The notes beneath the pieces were generated by a model. That model did not search any database. It was not told the DNA's origin and worked only from the letters and a program-made list of their open reading frames with translations. The translations under genes and the position numbers were made by a program. Shown piece after piece: positions 9,811 to 20,163 of a stretch of DNA of 64,000 bases (the stretch's first letter is position 1; every line of letters begins with the position of its first letter). Origin of the DNA: Oscillospiraceae bacterium (GTDB lineage Bacteria; Bacillota; Clostridia; Oscillospirales; Ruminococcaceae); contig CAAGBS010000024.1 in the NCBI GenBank assembly GCA_900768125.1, forward strand, positions 8,650 through 72,649. The letters are read 5' to 3'.

Positions 9811-10767
9811 ATGACTAAATACCTTAACAGAATATGGGCGGTCGTGCTGCTCGCTTTCGTGTCCTGCGCACTGTGGGGAAGCGCGTTCCCGATGATAAAG
9901 ATAGGCTACGAGCAGTTCGGCATAACTGAGAGCGGTCCCGGTGCGAAGATACTTTTCGCCGGGGTGAGATTCGTTATCGCAGGAATACTCGCATGGACGG
10001 CGGGCAGCACTGCACGCAGAAAGCCGCTCATTCCTAAAAAGACCGAATGGACTAAAATAATGCTTCTTAGCCTTTTCCAGACTATTCTTCAATACTTTTT
10101 CTTCTACCTTGGGCTTGCGAACTGCTCCGGCGTGAAATCCTCGATAATCAACGGCTCGGGCGCATTCGTCGTGATACTGCTGACTACGCTCGTTTTCCGC
10201 ATGGAAAAACTCACATTTAAGAAGCTTCTCGGCTGTATCCTTGGCTTCGCGGGAATAATCGCGATAAATCTCGGCGGCGACATGTCCGGCTTCGCGTGGA
10301 ACGGCGAGGGCTTCATCTTCCTGACTGTACTCAGCTACGCCGGCTCCACTATCCTAATCAAAAGATTCACCGGCGAGGGCGCCGACCCGGTTATGATGTC
10401 GTCCCTGCAGTTCGTTTTCGGCGGACTGGTGCTCACGCTGATGGGGCTTTTCATGGGCGGCACGGTGGAAAGCGGCTGGCAGTTCAGCGGCGCGGGACTG
10501 GGCACGCTGATGTGGCTCGCGTTCGTGTCGGCGGCGGCATACAGCCTGTGGGCTATCCTGCTGAAATACAATCCGGTAAGCCGGGTCGCAGTTTTCGGGT
10601 TCCTGAATCCGGTCTGCGGCGTGCTGCTTTCCGCTCTGCTGCTGGACGAAACTGAGCAGGCGTTCAATCTGCGGTCGGTGCTGGCGCTGGCGCTCGTGTG
10701 CCTTGGAATCTTCATCGTCAACTACGAAAAAAACCGGACAAATCCCCGCAATGAATCCCGGAGGTAA
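9811..10767 (+). CDS. DMT/EamA family transporter
   Basis: LWGSAFP..K, two EamA repeats, about 10 TM. Confidence 0.9.
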   Translation: MTKYLNRIWAVVLLAFVSCALWGSAFPMIKIGYEQFGITESGPGAKILFAGVRFVIAGILAWTAGSTARRKPLIPKKTEWTKIMLLSLFQTILQYFFFYLGLANCSGVKSSIINGSGAFVVILLTTLVFRMEKLTFKKLLGCILGFAGIIAINLGGDMSGFAWNGEGFIFLTVLSYAGSTILIKRFTGEGADPVMMSSLQFVFGGLVLTLMGLFMGGTVESGWQFSGAGLGTLMWLAFVSAAAYSLWAILLKYNPVSRVAVFGFLNPVCGVLLSALLLDETEQAFNLRSVLALALVCLGIFIVNYEKNRTNPRNESRR

Positions 10768-10769
10768 TT

Positions 10770-11393
10770 ATGCAAAAACAGAACTATCAGAAAATGCTGG
10801 AAAAAATAATCGCGGATATCCCCGAGGGCAGTTCGCCGACACTGCTTCTTCACAGCTGCTGTGCGCCCTGCTCCAGCTACTGTCTGGAGTATCTTTCGCA
10901 GTATTTTAAAATAACCCTGCTCTACTACAACCCGAATATCTCGCCACGGGAGGAGTTCGAAAAGCGCACCGAGGAACTGCGCCGCCTGGTATCGCAGCTT
11001 CCAATGAAGCACCCTGCGGAAGTGGTCGTGCCGGAGTACAGACCGGAGGAGTTCTACAATGCTGTCAAAGGCATGGAGGATATCCCCGAGGGCGGCGAGC
11101 GCTGCTTCGTGTGCTACCGCCTGCGGCTGGAAAAATCGGCTCAGTATGCGGCGGAGCACGGGTTCGACTACTTCTGCTCCACGCTCTCGATAAGTCCGAT
11201 GAAGAACGCACAGAAGCTGAACGAAATAGGCGCGGAGCTTTCCGAAATATACCCCGTGAAGCTTCTCCCGTCCGACTTCAAGAAAAAGGGCGGCTATCTC
11301 CGCTCGATAGAACTATCAAGGGAATACGGGCTTTACCGCCAGAACTACTGCGGCTGCGTTTTCTCAAAACAGGAAGCGGAAAACAGAAAATAA
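10770..11393 (+). CDS. queH: Epoxyqueuosine reductase QueH
   Basis: LLHSCCAPCS, YYNPNI, RCFVCYRLRL, TLSISPMK, YRQNYCGC. Confidence 0.92.
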   Translation: MQKQNYQKMLEKIIADIPEGSSPTLLLHSCCAPCSSYCLEYLSQYFKITLLYYNPNISPREEFEKRTEELRRLVSQLPMKHPAEVVVPEYRPEEFYNAVKGMEDIPEGGERCFVCYRLRLEKSAQYAAEHGFDYFCSTLSISPMKNAQKLNEIGAELSEIYPVKLLPSDFKKKGGYLRSIELSREYGLYRQNYCGCVFSKQEAENRK

Positions 11394-11453
11394 TTTAAAT
11401 CAGATGAAATTTTTTATTAATGCTCCGACTACCAGATAAAGGAGGGTGTTATT

Positions 11454-12353
11454 ATGAAAAAGCTATTATCTCTGTTGATCATTCTCGTTATGTCGGTCAC
11501 GGCGATGTGCCTGCCAGTCTCGGCTGAACCGCTCACAGTAATAGACAGCCGCGAGTGGTCCGGCATGATGCCAAAAACCTGCCGATTTGTCACAAAGAAC
11601 ACCAGCATGACGAAAAACATCTGCGTTGAATCCGATGAAATGATGGTCGTGACGGACGGCTCGAATCTAAAAATCAAGGGAAAGCTGACCGTAAAAGGAA
11701 CGCTGATAATCCACTACGGCGCTCAAGTGACAGTCATGGACGGCGGGCAGCTTATACTTACCAAGCCCGCTATAGTTGTCGCGAACGGCACAGTTGCAGT
11801 CAGCAGGGGCGGAAAGCTGCGGAACTACGGTTATCTGCAATCCTCCGGCAGAACTGCCGTGAAGGGCGTACTGAAAACCTACAAGACCGGAACTTTCTCA
11901 TACTACGCCGAACCGGAGATATACCAGTCGGGCGAAGTCATCGGCAGCACCACCGAAATAACCGGTGCGCCGCTCTACTACGCCGCAGATTATCAATATC
12001 TGGTCGGCCGCGAACTTGAGGCTTTCAGCGAGTACACCGGAGAATCCAGAACGATTTCCGCAGAGGACAGCAAATCTGTAGTCTGGGCGGCGGAAGCGGT
12101 GCTGTACAAGTATGACAAAACGCTGTACAGCCCCACACCGCTGGACGGCGATACTGAAATCGACGACTACCTCTACCATCAGGAATACATGGTCGAACCC
12201 AAGAACCGCGACCCGGGACTTTATCCGGCTATCTATGTCTACGACGACGGAAGCCTTGTATTGCTGACAAGAAGCGCCAAGGACGGATCGGCGACCGCTG
12301 ATATTTACAACACAATACGCGGCTCGCAGAAGACAAGCTATTACGATTTCTGA
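11454..12353 (+). CDS. Secreted hypothetical protein with beta-helix-like N-terminal region
   Basis: Signal peptide ending VSA; repeated beta/Gly pattern; RBS AAGGAGG. Confidence 0.7.
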   Translation: MKKLLSLLIILVMSVTAMCLPVSAEPLTVIDSREWSGMMPKTCRFVTKNTSMTKNICVESDEMMVVTDGSNLKIKGKLTVKGTLIIHYGAQVTVMDGGQLILTKPAIVVANGTVAVSRGGKLRNYGYLQSSGRTAVKGVLKTYKTGTFSYYAEPEIYQSGEVIGSTTEITGAPLYYAADYQYLVGRELEAFSEYTGESRTISAEDSKSVVWAAEAVLYKYDKTLYSPTPLDGDTEIDDYLYHQEYMVEPKNRDPGLYPAIYVYDDGSLVLLTRSAKDGSATADIYNTIRGSQKTSYYDF

Positions 12354-12371
12354 GTTTTTAATCATGGATAT

Positions 12372-12404
12372 CACCCCGGGGCTGGCGGCTTCGGGGTGTT
12401 TTTT
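12372..12404 (+). terminator. Rho-independent terminator
   Basis: CACCCCG...CGGGGTG followed by TTTTTT. Confidence 0.75.
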
Positions 12405-12418
12405 CATGCAAAATCCTG

Positions 12419-12447
12419 TTGCATATTCCGGAATAATGTGGTATAAT
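12419..12447 (+). promoter_or_regulatory. SigA promoter with extended -10
   Basis: TTGCAT-17-TATAAT with TG before the -10. Confidence 0.75.
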
Positions 12448-12486
12448 TAAGATGAAGCAATATGCAAAAGAAGAAAGGATCAGACT

Positions 12487-13086
12487 ATGGAAAAAGTTCA
12501 ATGGAAGCCCGGAACGCTTCTTTCACCCGTTCCTGCTGTATTAGTGTCCTGCGGCACAATGGAAAAGCCCACCGCGCTCACCATCGCGTGGACCGGAATA
12601 ATCTGCTCTGACCCGGCGAAGACTTACATTTCAGTCAGACCGGAAAGGAACTCCTATAACATCATCAAGGAAAGCGGCGAATTTGTCATCAACATGATGC
12701 CGTCCACCCTTGTCCGCTCGGTCGATTACTGCGGTATCAAATCCGGAAAGAACGAGGATAAGCTTGCAAAAATGAAGCTCTATCCCCAGGAAAGCAACAC
12801 TGTTTCCGCACCGCAGATAGCGCAGGCGCCCATCTCAATCGAATGCAAGGTAACTGAGGTTATCCCGCAGGGTTCGCACGATATGTTCATCGCGCAGATA
12901 ATGTCAGTCAACATCGACAAGAACCTCATCGACGAAAAGGGAAAGCTTCACATTGAAAAGGCGGGACTGATGGCTTACGCCCACGGGACTTACTTCGCGC
13001 TCGGAAAGAAGATAGGCACTTTCGGCTTCTCAGTCAAGCCCAAGCGCACGAAAAATTCCAAGAATCCCCACAAAAAGAGGAAATGA
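12487..13086 (+). CDS. Flavin reductase family protein
   Basis: PVPAVLVS, TIAWTG, ISVRPER, GEFVIN, IECKV, GSHDMF. Confidence 0.9.
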   Translation: MEKVQWKPGTLLSPVPAVLVSCGTMEKPTALTIAWTGIICSDPAKTYISVRPERNSYNIIKESGEFVINMMPSTLVRSVDYCGIKSGKNEDKLAKMKLYPQESNTVSAPQIAQAPISIECKVTEVIPQGSHDMFIAQIMSVNIDKNLIDEKGKLHIEKAGLMAYAHGTYFALGKKIGTFGFSVKPKRTKNSKNPHKKRK

Positions 13087-13089
13087 TCT

Positions 13090-13758
13090 ATGATGAACAT
13101 AGGCAACGAATGGGACGCGCTTCTTGCTGACGAGATACAGAAGGATTACTACAAGAAGCTGCGTGCATTCCTTATAAGCGAGTACACGACCCGGCGTATC
13201 TATCCGCCGATGGAGGATATCTTCAACGCGCTGAAGCACACCACATACAGCGATGTGCGCGCGGTGATACTCGGTCAGGACCCTTACCACGGTCCCGGGC
13301 AGGCGCATGGAATGTGCTTTTCTGTGAAAAAGGGCACTCCCCCGCCGCCCTCCCTGCAGAACATCTTCAAGGAGATGAAATCTGACCTCGGGATAGACCC
13401 GCCCGCACACGGCGAGCTGACTTCCTGGGCAGACAACGGCGTGCTGCTGCTGAACACAGTTCTTACCGTGCGCGAGGGACAGGCGAACAGTCACAGGGGA
13501 ATGGGCTGGGAACAGTTCACAGACCGGATAATTCAGCTGCTCAACCAGCGCGAAAAGCCGATGGTCTTCCTGCTGTGGGGCGGCAATGCACGCTCCAAGG
13601 CGAGACTTATCACAAATCCTAACCATCTGGTGCTGCAGTGCGCACATCCCAGTCCGCTCTCGGCGTACAACGGATTCTTCGGCTGCAGGCATTTCTCCAA
13701 AGCCAACGAATTTCTCACCAGCCATGGTATGGAGCCTATCAACTGGAAGCTGGACTAG
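13090..13758 (+). CDS. ung: Uracil-DNA glycosylase
   Basis: GQDPYH, PPSLQNI, GVLLLN, HPSPLS. Confidence 0.97.
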   Translation: MMNIGNEWDALLADEIQKDYYKKLRAFLISEYTTRRIYPPMEDIFNALKHTTYSDVRAVILGQDPYHGPGQAHGMCFSVKKGTPPPPSLQNIFKEMKSDLGIDPPAHGELTSWADNGVLLLNTVLTVREGQANSHRGMGWEQFTDRIIQLLNQREKPMVFLLWGGNARSKARLITNPNHLVLQCAHPSPLSAYNGFFGCRHFSKANEFLTSHGMEPINWKLD

Positions 13759-13774
13759 GAAACGGAGGTTTTCC

Positions 13775-14344
13775 ATGTATTCTGACAACGAGCTTTTCGA
13801 CGTGCTCACCGAGTCCGGCGAGCGCACCGAGACCACCAAGCGCCGCGGTGATATCCACCGTGACGGAGACTGGCACGCAAGCGTCCATATCTGGATAGCC
13901 CGGCGGCGGATATCCGGCATGGAATACCTTCTTCAAAAGCGCGCTGACGATAAGGATTCATTCCCCGGCTGCTGGGACGCAGCATCCACAGGTCACATCG
14001 ACGCTGGCGAGGACGCGATCACAGCCGCTATCCGGGAACTTCGCGAGGAACTTGGAATACGCGCGAGACCGTCAGAACTGGTTCTGCTTTTCCGCAGAAA
14101 AGTCAGCGAGGATAATGTATTCCATGGAAAGCGCTTCATAAACAACGAGCTGAAATGGGTGTTCCTGTTCAAAGGCGCTCTGCCGGACTGCGCGATCAAC
14201 TTCGAGCAGGAGGAAATCTCCGGCGTAGCATGGCAGAATGCCGCCGCAATAAGAAAAGCGCTCGAGAAAAACGACCCCGCCTACTGCATAGACCTGCAGG
14301 AATTTCGCGAAGTGCACTGCTGCACCAAGGATATCCTGCCATAA
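13775..14344 (+). CDS. NUDIX hydrolase (IDI-like)
   Basis: Nudix box GHIDAGEDAITAAIRELREELGI; LLQKR; ATG 13775 follows a GGAGG RBS. Confidence 0.88.
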   Translation: MYSDNELFDVLTESGERTETTKRRGDIHRDGDWHASVHIWIARRRISGMEYLLQKRADDKDSFPGCWDAASTGHIDAGEDAITAAIRELREELGIRARPSELVLLFRRKVSEDNVFHGKRFINNELKWVFLFKGALPDCAINFEQEEISGVAWQNAAAIRKALEKNDPAYCIDLQEFREVHCCTKDILP

Positions 14345-14359
14345 GAAAGGAAATGACAC

Positions 14360-14701
14360 ATGCCATTTATCAACACAAAGTATTCACAGGACATAACCGC
14401 CGAGCAGGAGACCGAGCTTAAATCCGCTCTGGGCTCCGCAGTTTCGGCGCTCGGGAAGACTGAGTCCTGGCTCATGCTCGGGTTTGAGAAGAACTGCGAC
14501 CTCTATTTCCGCGGCGAAAAATCCGAGAAGATAGCGTTCGTGGACGTCAGCGTTTACGGGAGCGTTTCCCCAGCCGCCTGCGAAAAAATGACGGCTGAGA
14601 TATGCAGTCTGTACACCAGGGTGCTCGGAGTTCCCGCCGACAAGATCTACGTCAAGTACAGTTCTACCGATAACTGGGGCTGGAACGGCGGCAATTTCTG
14701 A
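14360..14701 (+). CDS. MIF/phenylpyruvate tautomerase-like protein
   Basis: N-terminal MP(F), LGKTESWLM, C-terminal WGWNG. Confidence 0.88.
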   Translation: MPFINTKYSQDITAEQETELKSALGSAVSALGKTESWLMLGFEKNCDLYFRGEKSEKIAFVDVSVYGSVSPAACEKMTAEICSLYTRVLGVPADKIYVKYSSTDNWGWNGGNF

Positions 14702-14740
14702 TCTGCGCTGAAAAAAAGTGCTGCGTAAACAGCCCTTTTT

Positions 14741-15184
14741 TTATTTATTCGAGTAGATATCCCGCTGCGCAACTGCCATGCGGTCGCAGCGCTCGTTCTC
14801 CTCATGTCCGGCGTGTCCCTTTATCCAAGCGAACTCGACATCGTGGGTATCCAGAAGACCAAGCAGCTTATCCCAGAGTTCAGGATTCAGCGCCGGCTTT
14901 CCGTCGGATTTCTTCCAGCCGCGCTTCTTCCAGCCCTTTGCCCAGCCTTTAGTTATGCCGTCCACGACATACTTGCTGTCAGTCGTCACCCTGACCTTGC
15001 ACGGGTATTTGAGCGCGGACAGCGCTTCAATAACACCGGTCAGTTCCATGCGGTTGTTCGTTGTGTGTGCTTCCCCGCCGCTTATCTCCTTTTCGTAGCC
15101 GTCACAGCGTAGTATCGCTCCCCAGCCGCCGGGACCCGGATTCCCGCTGCATGCTCCATCGGAGAATATTTCAACAAATTTCAT
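14741..15184 (-). CDS. rnhA: Ribonuclease HI
   Basis: [41 protein letters not shown]. Confidence 0.97.
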   Translation of the reverse strand: MKFVEIFSDGACSGNPGPGGWGAILRCDGYEKEISGGEAHTTNNRMELTGVIEALSALKYPCKVRVTTDSKYVVDGITKGWAKGWKKRGWKKSDGKPALNPELWDKLLGLLDTHDVEFAWIKGHAGHEENERCDRMAVAQRDIYSNK

Positions 15185-15234
15185 ACTACCTCTTTCTGGT
15201 CGGGTCTTTTATCAATAGTATTCCCACCAAAATG

Positions 15235-15266
15235 AAAACAAACAGCCCCGAGTGTCCCCGGGGCTG
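15235..15266 (-). terminator. Terminator after the ABC operon
   Basis: CAGCCCCG...CGGGGCTG followed by TTTGTTTT on the minus strand. Confidence 0.7.
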
Positions 15267-15281
15267 AAGTTTTGCCTGGAA

Positions 15282-16559
15282 TTAGTTTGCAAGACCCGCT
15301 CTTGCGATACCTTCGGTGAAGTACTTCTGTAAGAAGATGTACATGATAACGATAGGCGTGATAGCAAGCAGGCAGGCTGCCTCCATCCATACGATGTAGT
15401 CGGAAGCAACGCCGACCTCACCGGTCAGATACATGGAGATGATGTTCGAGATACCGTCTATCTTCAGCGAAATCGTGTTCGCCTTGGTGAAGTACATCGA
15501 GGATACATAGTAGTCATTCCAGTACCATACGATGGAGAAGATGAATACCGTCAGGAACGAGCTTGCGGCATTCGGTACCATTACGCTGATAAAGGTCTTG
15601 AACGGACCGCAGCCATCGAGGTACGCAGCGTCTTCCAGTTCCTTCGGAAGCCCTCGGAAGAACTGCCTGAACAGGTAGATGAACAGTCCGGCTCGGATAC
15701 CGTTACACATGAGCGCAGGTATGTACATTGAGAGGTTGGTATCTACCAGGTTGATGGAATCGCCCATCAGCGCGTTGAACAGTCCGAAGATATCGAAATA
15801 TCTGAACTGCGAGAACTGCGGGATAAGTATGATCTGCACCGGAACGATGATCTGCAGAAGAACCAGAGCGAAGAAGAAGTTCTTGCCCTTGAACTTGAAT
15901 CGTGCGAAGCCGTATCCGGTCAGCGCACAGGTACCTACCTGCAGAACCGAGGACACGATGTTCAGTATCAGCGTGTTCCACAGAGTGCCCGGGTAGTCGA
16001 TAGCGTTCCATACCTCAACGAAGTTCTCCATGCGGATAGTCTTGGGTATCCACATTACAGAGGGGTCGTTCATTTCCGCCTGGGGACGGATAGAGGTGGA
16101 GATCATGTAAAGGATAGGATACAGGATTACGAAGCTCAGACCGAAGATGATGACTGCTCTGAAGAACGGCCATACATAACCGGCGATACGATGCCAGAAC
16201 AGGTATCTGTAGTGCTTCTTCTCCTTGGCGGTGTACCGGTGGTAGTTCTTGATGATGTCGAAATTGGACACACGGTACTCGTCTTTCTTTTTCTTTTCCT
16301 TTTTGGGAGCCTTAGCCGGCATCGCGCTTACTGCTACAGCTGCGTCAGAGTTGATGTCAGCTATAGTCTCGGCAATGGACTCGGCGGTCGGCTCTACGAT
16401 TGTCTTGTCGTCCTGCTTGAAGCTGTCCGCGATAGCTGCGGCGCTCTGCTCAACGGACTCGGAAGATGTTACGTTTTCAGCAGGCTGATCAGCAACATTA
16501 TTTCCCTCGGTGGGGAGCTCAAATTCTTTATCTGTCACTTCTCTAACCTCCTTAATCAT
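15282..16559 (-). CDS. Carbohydrate ABC permease (MalG-like) with long acidic N-terminal extension
   Basis: ELEDAAYLDG EAA motif, YGFARF, WYWNDY. Confidence 0.9.
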   Translation of the reverse strand: MIKEVREVTDKEFELPTEGNNVADQPAENVTSSESVEQSAAAIADSFKQDDKTIVEPTAESIAETIADINSDAAVAVSAMPAKAPKKEKKKKDEYRVSNFDIIKNYHRYTAKEKKHYRYLFWHRIAGYVWPFFRAVIIFGLSFVILYPILYMISTSIRPQAEMNDPSVMWIPKTIRMENFVEVWNAIDYPGTLWNTLILNIVSSVLQVGTCALTGYGFARFKFKGKNFFFALVLLQIIVPVQIILIPQFSQFRYFDIFGLFNALMGDSINLVDTNLSMYIPALMCNGIRAGLFIYLFRQFFRGLPKELEDAAYLDGCGPFKTFISVMVPNAASSFLTVFIFSIVWYWNDYYVSSMYFTKANTISLKIDGISNIISMYLTGEVGVASDYIVWMEAACLLAITPIVIMYIFLQKYFTEGIARAGLAN

Positions 16560-17691
16560 TCTCGTAGTAAACGAACCTGTTGATTATCACGCAGATAATA
16601 CCGAGGCACGCACCTACTATTGCGAAGTAGATCCACGCAAGCGCTGCGGAATAGCCGTACTCCCAGTTTCTGGACTGTGCCAGAACGTATTCCATTACGA
16701 CGTTATCGGTTGATACGAACGCATCGATAACGGTATATACGAGGTTGGACAGGATCATCGGTGAGATGTACGGGAATGTGATCTTCCAGAAGAACTCCCA
16801 TGCAGTTGCACCCTCGATGCTTGCCGCTTCCTTTGCAGAAGGCGGAATAGTCTGCAGTGCGGAGAGGAAGATAAGTATCTGGATACCGGAGTTCCAAACG
16901 AGGTTCAGAACGTCGGAAGTAATGGTCTTGATGACGTCTGTGAATGTCTGGTTCAGGTTGTAGATACCTATAAACTCCATCAGCTCAGTTACAAGGTCGG
17001 TCTTGAACAGAGTGGAGAACTGTGCTGCGTCAGATACGCCCTGGGAGGTCATATCACCGTTGATAACGCTGATGACAGGACCAGTCGCGATAAGAACCGG
17101 CAGGAAGAAGACCGCTCTTGCAAGAGTTCTTCCTCTGAACTTCTGGTTCAGGATAACCGCGATGAACAGGGAGAATATCATGATTACGATGGTGTTCGGC
17201 AGGATCTCGCCGAGCGCCGTACCAAGTTTCGGAAGGAACGTGGTATCAATCGTGAATGCCTTTGTGAAGTTGTAGAAGCCGTTCCACTCGGTGTAGATAC
17301 CTGCGGAAGTCATGCCGACATCGAGCGCGCCAGCCTTATCAAGCAGCTTGGTATTGCACAGCGAGTACCACAGGGAGGTCAGTACCGGCATGATGAACAG
17401 CCACAGTGTTCCGATGAACCAGAGCGCTATGAAACCGTAGCCGTAAAGACCTTTTTTCTTCTCGTAGGGGATCTTGGTGGTCTTGATCTTGACCTGAGCC
17501 TTTTCTCCGCCTTTGCGGCGGATATCGACCTCCTCGTTTGCTGCGTTGAGCGCAGCAGCGGCGGCCGTGTTGTGAGCAGACACTCTCTGAACCGGTGCGG
17601 GAGCCGGTGCCGGCTCTGCGGCGGGTTCAGCCGCTGACTCTGCGGGAGCGGTGTTCTCGCTCTTTCCGCTTAATTCAAGTTCTTCACTCAT
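16552..17691 (-). CDS. Carbohydrate ABC permease (MalF-like) with Pro/Ala-rich N-terminal extension
   Basis: EAASIEGATAWEFFWKITFP, YGYSAA. Confidence 0.9.
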   Translation of the reverse strand: MSEELELSGKSENTAPAESAAEPAAEPAPAPAPVQRVSAHNTAAAAALNAANEEVDIRRKGGEKAQVKIKTTKIPYEKKKGLYGYGFIALWFIGTLWLFIMPVLTSLWYSLCNTKLLDKAGALDVGMTSAGIYTEWNGFYNFTKAFTIDTTFLPKLGTALGEILPNTIVIMIFSLFIAVILNQKFRGRTLARAVFFLPVLIATGPVISVINGDMTSQGVSDAAQFSTLFKTDLVTELMEFIGIYNLNQTFTDVIKTITSDVLNLVWNSGIQILIFLSALQTIPPSAKEAASIEGATAWEFFWKITFPYISPMILSNLVYTVIDAFVSTDNVVMEYVLAQSRNWEYGYSAALAWIYFAIVGACLGIICVIINRFVYYEND

Positions 17692-20090
17692 CAGTCAGTT
17701 GTCGCTCCTTTCTGTTCAAAATCGGAAAGCTTTACCTCTGTGCCGTTGACCCAGATCTGGAGGGTGCTGGTATCCGCCTCTACGACCGTTCCATCGGAGA
17801 ATGTGGTCTTGCAGTGCACGCCGTCAGTGATCTCGAAGTCATCAATGGTCTCATCGGTGAGAGGAAGCACATACTGCTGCATGAGCTTATATTCAGCTGT
17901 CATGTCGTTCAGCCAGCCGCTGTAATGAGTGTAGAACAGCTCATCATAAGAGCAGTCGGTGAACTCGTTCGGATCCTGATACATCACCTCGTAGTGAAGC
18001 GGAGTACCGGTAGCAACGGAGTAAACGAACAATTCGTCTGCGCTGGAGCTTGCGTTCTTCGCCTTGGTGGTATAAGGAATATAGCCGTGGATCACGATCT
18101 CGTAGAACGGGATATCGTAATCGTAAACGTCGAAGTTACTGCTGTAGAGAGGAACGTCCTTCAGATAATCAACATACGGCAGTGCGTAGTCATTGGCAGC
18201 GCCGGACACGAATGTCATACCGCTCTGGTTGATCATTTCGTATCCCTTCTTCAGCTGCTCGACAGCCTGCTGTCTGGAGGTCTTTCTGGAGGTGTTCGCG
18301 GTGTAGTCGCTGTAGAGCATGTTGGTGCCGTCTGCGACTGATATCGCATTGATTCCGTTCTTCTGGCAGCTGGAAACTACCTCGCCGTAAACCTTCTCAT
18401 AGAAAGCCGGTGAAAGAATGTACCAGCTGGAGCGAGTGTCATGCGGTGTGCCGAACGCCAGTTCGTAAACGCCCTGTGTTGCGTAAGCCTTTGTTATCGC
18501 GATCGCGGAAGCGCCGGTCTTGGTATAACCATTGCCGCTGCGCTCGTAGTTCATCAGGTCGAAGCTGGGGGTCAGTATAAAGCCGCTTGCGTCACAGTAG
18601 CTCTTCAGCTCGTTCCACTTGTTCTTGCCGCCGAGCGTTCCGGAATAGTCAACGCCGCTGGAGATACGGCTTGTGATTCCGGCTGCGTTGAAGTCCTCAT
18701 AGGAAACTATGATGTTGTTCACGCCGTTAGCGGAAAGCTCCTGGAGTATCTGCTTCGCCTGCTCGTAGGTAGTAGCCGCGGTCTCAAGCTTTACGGGGAA
18801 GCCGAGTATGGACTGCTCCTTGACTGTTCCGCCCCAGATATCGAGAAACAGCGGAGCTTCTTCCTTGTCTGTCTTGGTGAGACCCTTTTCCTCAACGAGG
18901 TACTGCTGGTAGCGCTTAGCTACGTCAACATAGCTTACATCGTCCTTAACTATCGGATAGTAGCGGACTGTAAGTCTGTCCTCGGGAATGATGTCTTCCT
19001 GATAAGCGTTCAGCGCGGAAGCATTCTGACCGCCCATGAAGTAAGTATCGGTAGCGCGCAGCTGGAAGTTGAACCATGCGGAGTTGTAGCTTGTGGACTT
19101 CTGACCGGAAACTGCCGCTCTCGCGGTAGCGTAGGCAGAGCCCTCGGTGACTACCTCCAGCAGGGCGTTGTCGCTTCTTACGATACCCATTACCGGCAGG
19201 TAAGCCTGCTCAGTCTTCGCGGGAGCCATATCCTGGCTCTTCGCGAGGTCGCGTCCGTAGATGCGCTGTGTGTACTCGTTAGCCTTGCTCTTTCCGTTGT
19301 TGAAGTTTATCACTGCGCCGGAGCCGTCCGGTGTGATGATATAGCCTTCCTCATCGGAGTAAGCAGCGCCCAGATCCTGGAGCAGGTTCACATCAACGAC
19401 AGAACGTGAGCTCTCCTGGATCAGCGCGGGGTCGCTCTCGGTCTCGGTGATCTCGTCCACGGCGATGGAAGCCTGGATATAGTCACCCTCGAGAGTGATA
19501 TAGTAGGGTATCGTGATACCCTCGTTCGGGAATGTGTACTCGGCACGGAAGCCGTTGTCCACCATCGTTACGGCAAGCCCCGGTCTGATGTCGTCAGCGG
19601 TCTCAACGATCGCATTTACGCTGTCTTTCCAGGAACGCACCGTCGTCGAGGGAGACTCGGTATCTGTTACCTTAACTGCGTTGATTACGAGAGAAGACTT
19701 GAGATCCTCTTTCTTGGAGTTGTTCGCAACGGGGTCGTCATCTGCATTGTAGGGATTGCTCCACCAGATGTGCTCTCCGTCCTTCGTGCGGAATGCGAAC
19801 AGTCCGGTCTTTGTGTTCACCAGCAGTTCGTAGTTAGCGTTGGAAGCTGCAAGTTCGCACTCAGCAAGAACATCGTCTTCCTGAATGAGCTGCTTTTCCT
19901 CTTCCTCAGCCTCAGCTGTGGAGGTCTCCGCCTCTGCAGTCTCAGCGGCGGATTCCTCGGAACCTGCCTCTGCGCTGCCCGCTTCTGCCGTCATGCTGTT
20001 GCTCTCAGACCATGCAACGCTCTGGCTTGCCGAAAGCACCATGCTTGCGCAGAGTGCGCCGACAAGTATTTTCTTGCGGATATGTAGCAT
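17691..20090 (-). CDS. Secreted DUF5696-like protein
   Basis: Signal peptide; GYIITPDGSGAVINF, YGRD, LPVMG; position between YIP1 and permease genes. Confidence 0.75.
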   Translation of the reverse strand: MLHIRKKILVGALCASMVLSASQSVAWSESNSMTAEAGSAEAGSEESAAETAEAETSTAEAEEEEKQLIQEDDVLAECELAASNANYELLVNTKTGLFAFRTKDGEHIWWSNPYNADDDPVANNSKKEDLKSSLVINAVKVTDTESPSTTVRSWKDSVNAIVETADDIRPGLAVTMVDNGFRAEYTFPNEGITIPYYITLEGDYIQASIAVDEITETESDPALIQESSRSVVDVNLLQDLGAAYSDEEGYIITPDGSGAVINFNNGKSKANEYTQRIYGRDLAKSQDMAPAKTEQAYLPVMGIVRSDNALLEVVTEGSAYATARAAVSGQKSTSYNSAWFNFQLRATDTYFMGGQNASALNAYQEDIIPEDRLTVRYYPIVKDDVSYVDVAKRYQQYLVEEKGLTKTDKEEAPLFLDIWGGTVKEQSILGFPVKLETAATTYEQAKQILQELSANGVNNIIVSYEDFNAAGITSRISSGVDYSGTLGGKNKWNELKSYCDASGFILTPSFDLMNYERSGNGYTKTGASAIAITKAYATQGVYELAFGTPHDTRSSWYILSPAFYEKVYGEVVSSCQKNGINAISVADGTNMLYSDYTANTSRKTSRQQAVEQLKKGYEMINQSGMTFVSGAANDYALPYVDYLKDVPLYSSNFDVYDYDIPFYEIVIHGYIPYTTKAKNASSSADELFVYSVATGTPLHYEVMYQDPNEFTDCSYDELFYTHYSGWLNDMTAEYKLMQQYVLPLTDETIDDFEITDGVHCKTTFSDGTVVEADTSTLQIWVNGTEVKLSDFEQKGATTD

Positions 20091-20163
20091 TTTTACACCA
20101 CCATTTACTATATTTACGCCTTTTCCCCTACATGAGGAACAGGCTCGCCAATGTTCTTGTTCG

